A stretch of 60,428 nt of DNA, filler included, from Stramenopiles sp. TOSAG23-6 (taxonomy: Eukaryota), in NCBI GenBank assembly GCA_900128565.1. It is 4 parts of 4 records of this genome, joined end to end, with 100 filler letters (N's around TTAATTAATTAA, not from the genome) between each part and the next. Parts side by side here need not be neighbours in the genome. Positions count along the whole stretch, not along the records: positions 45,426 to 60,428 come from LT636131.1; 3 more parts are not named here. One strand, written 5' to 3'. Positions 57,150 to 60,428 of this stretch are shown in pieces. The position numbers and the translations under genes are program-made. Position 1 is the stretch's first letter. The number at the start of each line of letters is the position of its first letter. Below the pieces are notes generated by a model, which saw only the letters and a program-made list of their open reading frames with translations, was not told the origin of the DNA and made no database searches.

Positions 57150-58885
57150 ATGAGTCATCAATCATCGACGCCGCCACAAACGGTAAACCCTCCAGATCCG
57201 CTTACTTTACGTGTCATGCGTCTGTACAATCCTTCTGTAATACCTCAACTTCCAGCTCTCAGTTTAGGATCTGGAGGAGGAAACCTGACACCCGGTCGAT
57301 TAGCACTAAGTTCTATGTTAATGTTGCCTGATTCCTTTGGAGATATTTATGTCGGTCAAAGCTTTAGTAGCTACATTGCTTTATGGAATCAGTCTGAGTA
57401 TGATATTCCCACTGTAAGTTTGACAGCTGAACTTGTGACTGAGAGTGGAAATGTACCTCTTGTTGACAACAGAAATACACATTCAAAGGCAAAATCATCA
57501 TTAAATGAAGTGTCAAATCCTTCTGCAGTGTTACAAAGGGGGAAATACTTGTCAATGATTGTAAAACAGCTTCTTAGCGTTCCTGGCCTTCACACTCTTA
57601 ATGTTCACGTTACTTATTTAGATCCAAGATTAAATGGAATGCCTCGAAGTTTTCGTAAATTCTTCCGTTTCAAAGTGATTAATCCACTCCAGGTTAAATT
57701 AAAGGATGTTTTGGTTGTGCAGTCTAGAAATTCTAGCAATAACAGTAGTACTAGAAGCCATGAGTTGTCAACACAGGCGATAAGTTGGTTATTTTTTTTC
57801 AAAATATATATATTTGTTTTATACGAAATTTCATACCTAACAAATTTTTTTTTAAATATTTCCTGAAAATACATGTCAGACGATAAGTTGGTTAGTTCAG
57901 GCTCAACTCACAAATATTTCAACTGCTCCAATTCTTCTCGAAACAGTTTTGTTCTGCCCAACGACTGATTATTCTTCAAAAGAATTACATTCAAATGACT
58001 CAAAAAGTCTACAAAAAAAACAAAACATTGAAAAAAAAAATCCTTCTTTTGCTCATCGCGAAAATTGGGCTTCCATACGTAGCAAATACAATTTTCAAGG
58101 TTGTCTTTTGCAACCAAATAATGTACAACAATATATATTTCGTGTATCTTGTAATTATCCTACACTTCAACCTGATACATTTAATAGTAAACTTGGATTT
58201 ATCGATATTCACTGGCGGTCTCTTACTGGAGATAGTGTACGTTTTTTTTTTTTTTTGAATGTTTTGCCTACAAAATTTTTTCATACGAAATTTCGTACCT
58301 AACATTTTTTTTTTAATTTTTTTTCGATATTTTTGTATACAATATGGACGTGTCAACACTCATCCAGTAATGGTACAACCACCCAAGATATTTGATAATC
58401 TCTCCAACAAACCAACAGAAACATCTAGACTAAGTGTTACACTTCATCTCAGTAAATATTTCAATGATCGAAATGAAATGAAAAGAATTAAAAATGATGA
58501 GAAAATTTTCGTTGGTAAATCGTTTCCGCTTTTTGTACGAATCAAAAATAACTCGGATAAAATAGCAAATCTTCAAATTGTAGCGAAACAGACGTCAACT
58601 ATGGGTAGTCCAGTATTGACTGACTTTCTAGTATTAGGTAAGTCCAAGCGAAAATTGCCATCGATTTCTCCAGGAAAGATGGATGAGTTTGTTATAGAAC
58701 TTCTTCCATTAGCTGCAGGTTTGCATAGAATTAAAGGAATTGTTGTAGTTGACACAGAGACTGGAATTGAGTATACTCCAGAGCGCGTTGAGGGTGTTTT
58801 GGAGAAAACGCAAATACCATTACACGATGATGATGCTACTACACTTTTGGTATTTAAACGCGAGGAGCTGTCTCCAACAGAGTAA
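57150..58885 (+). CDS. TRAPPC13: TRAPP complex subunit 13 (Trs65-like); exons 57150-57783, 57875-58236, 58346-58885
   Basis: LTLRVMRL, LPDSFGDIYVGQSF, FRKFFRFKV.NP, LG.IDI.WRS..GD.GR. Confidence 0.88.
57784..57874 (+). mobile_element. Introner-like intron, GT..AT
   Basis: Core ATACGAAATTTCATACCTAAC; frame restored. Confidence 0.7.
58237..58345 (+). mobile_element. Introner-like intron, GT..AT
   Basis: Restores GDSGRV. Confidence 0.85.
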
Positions 58886-59485
58886 GAAATACAATAAAAA
58901 ATGATAAAAACAAGTGTTACCTTTATACTTTTTATTTTCATTAATGAACTATTTTTGACTTCATTTTTTGGTGTATATGATCCGATATAAAACATACCAT
59001 GTTGATATAGACTATGAATAGTAGAATATTACCTCTCGTTGGGGATGTCAACCTCTTATCTGTCTGTAAAGTTTATATGAATATGTCAAAATGCCTTGAA
59101 AAAAACCAGACAAAAATGATTCCAAGAAGTATCTATTAAACCAGTGATTCACTCTAACTGCTTTTTTTTCATTCTCTTTCTTTTCTTTTTTACCCATTTT
59201 ATATATCTAAAGGCGAGTGTTTATAAAACGTACAGAGATATACTTAATACAGCAAAAGTTTGCGTACAATGAAAAAGGTTGAATATATAATAATATCGAT
59301 AATACCGTAACTAAAAGTCTTGTCGTTGTTCGCGACTCGCGAGAATCTCGGGGTATATTTTTTGACCCGGAAGAATTTTTTTGCATAGTACCCGGTAATA
59401 ACAAAAAAAAGAAATTTAAATTTATATCCATTTAAAAATTTTTGTTTTAGTTTTTACTTTGACTTTCAAATTATTGTTTACAGTT

Positions 59486-60362
59486 TCATAGTGATGTTCT
59501 CTGATAAGGGCATCTACATATAGGACACAATAAAAGTTCATATATGTTGAATCGTTCAAATGCTTTAATGCAATCCATATGAAAAACATGTGAACAACTT
59601 AGAATACATTGTTGCTTAGGGTTAGGGTTAGGGTTAGGGTTATTTATCTCTATAGTCCTCTCGTCACAATTAAACTCATTCATGCATATAGGACATTCTG
59701 TATCATTTCGATCTTTTGCTTTTTTCTTGACTTTATTCCATTGTACACCGCAACATAATCCAACAGACTGTGAACTACTAGGGTTAGGGTTATTATCTAC
59801 ACTGGGTTGTGAAGATGTACTAGGGTTAGGGTTTCTTCGTGAAGAATTTCCAAAAATAACACGAGATAAAGCTAAACCTCGATCTACTTCTTGAAACAAT
59901 GATTCAATAGAATTATCCTGTAATTGTCTCATAGTATTTAAGCGTGTTGTATTATTTTGTAATGACGATATAAAAAATTTACGTCGCAATTTCGAATTTC
60001 CACCTCCAGATTTATAAAGTGTTTCTAATTTTGATCTATACAAATATCTCGCGTGTGCTCCTCTCCATAGTGTAGCAATACGTGTCGCACATGTATTGTG
60101 AAAATATATTGTGGGAAAAATCTAAAAAAAATTGTTAGGTACAGAATTTTTTTACCAAAAAAAAAAAATATTTGAAATGTATCATTAGGGTTAGGGTTAC
60201 AAACATCGTCGTCTATGTCTTTTGGCACCTTCAGTACATAGTTTCTTTTGATATAAGCTGTGGCGACAAATTGGACATTTTCGGTCTTTACTCTGAACAA
60301 ATCTTTCAAAGGATGCTAAGCAATTTCGATGGAAAACATGTGAACAACTTAGAATGACTTGT
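59486..60362 (-). CDS. RNF32-like RING-IQ-RING protein, 3' part; exons 60362-60205, 60090-59486
   Basis: LSCSHVFH..CPICR twice, flanking an IQ-like motif ATRIATLWRG. Confidence 0.85.
59616..59642 (-). repeat. Interstitial telomere-like (TTAGGG)4 within CDS, encoding NPNPNPNP
   Basis: Read directly from the sequence. Confidence 0.9.
60091..60204 (-). mobile_element. Introner-like intron, GT..AT (AT duplicated), with (CCCTAA)n
   Basis: Joins RING1 to the IQ motif in frame. Confidence 0.85.
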
Positions 60363-60428
60363 TCGTATTGTGAAAAAATATTTCAAAAAAAATCTAAAAA
60401 AAATTGTTAGGTACAAAATTTCGTACGA
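60363..60428 (-). mobile_element. Introner-like intron, 3' part, ends GA
   Basis: Consensus core and 3' motif present. Confidence 0.75.

Overview
AT-rich, gene-dense eukaryotic (protist-like) genomic DNA. It is four unrelated ~15-kb scaffold pieces joined by artificial N-TTAATTAATTAA-N spacers (about 15.1, 30.2 and 45.4 kb). About 30 protein-coding genes are present: Grx5, cathepsin L, UCP-type carrier, M14 carboxypeptidase, CLC, transketolase fragment, giant IQ/WW/B-box protein, FMO, ArgRS, Utp23, DHHC, TALE homeobox, OSCA/TMEM63, TBC1D5-like, ATP synthase g, RagA, TRAPPC13, RNF32-like and others. The main signal is a family of about 40 short (mostly 90-146 nt) sequence-similar insertions, always in sense orientation, that interrupt conserved reading frames. 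Consensus: GTAYGT..T-rich..TTCGTACGAAATTTTGTACCTAAC..TTGAAATATTTTTCCAAAATAC-NN. Removing them by hand restores conserved protein motifs, yet 34 of the 38 visible 3' ends are not AG (23 AT, 3 AC, 3 GT, 2 AA, 1 TT, 1 CG, 1 GA). In 20 of 36 complete copies the last 2 nt repeat the 2 exon nt before the donor, like a target-site duplication. This points to an introner-like transposon family whose introns are spliced through AG-independent, position-defined acceptors. Strand-biased interstitial (CCCTAA)n tracts and many short near-tandem duplications are also present. All splice junctions are inferred from reading frame and protein motifs, not from transcripts.
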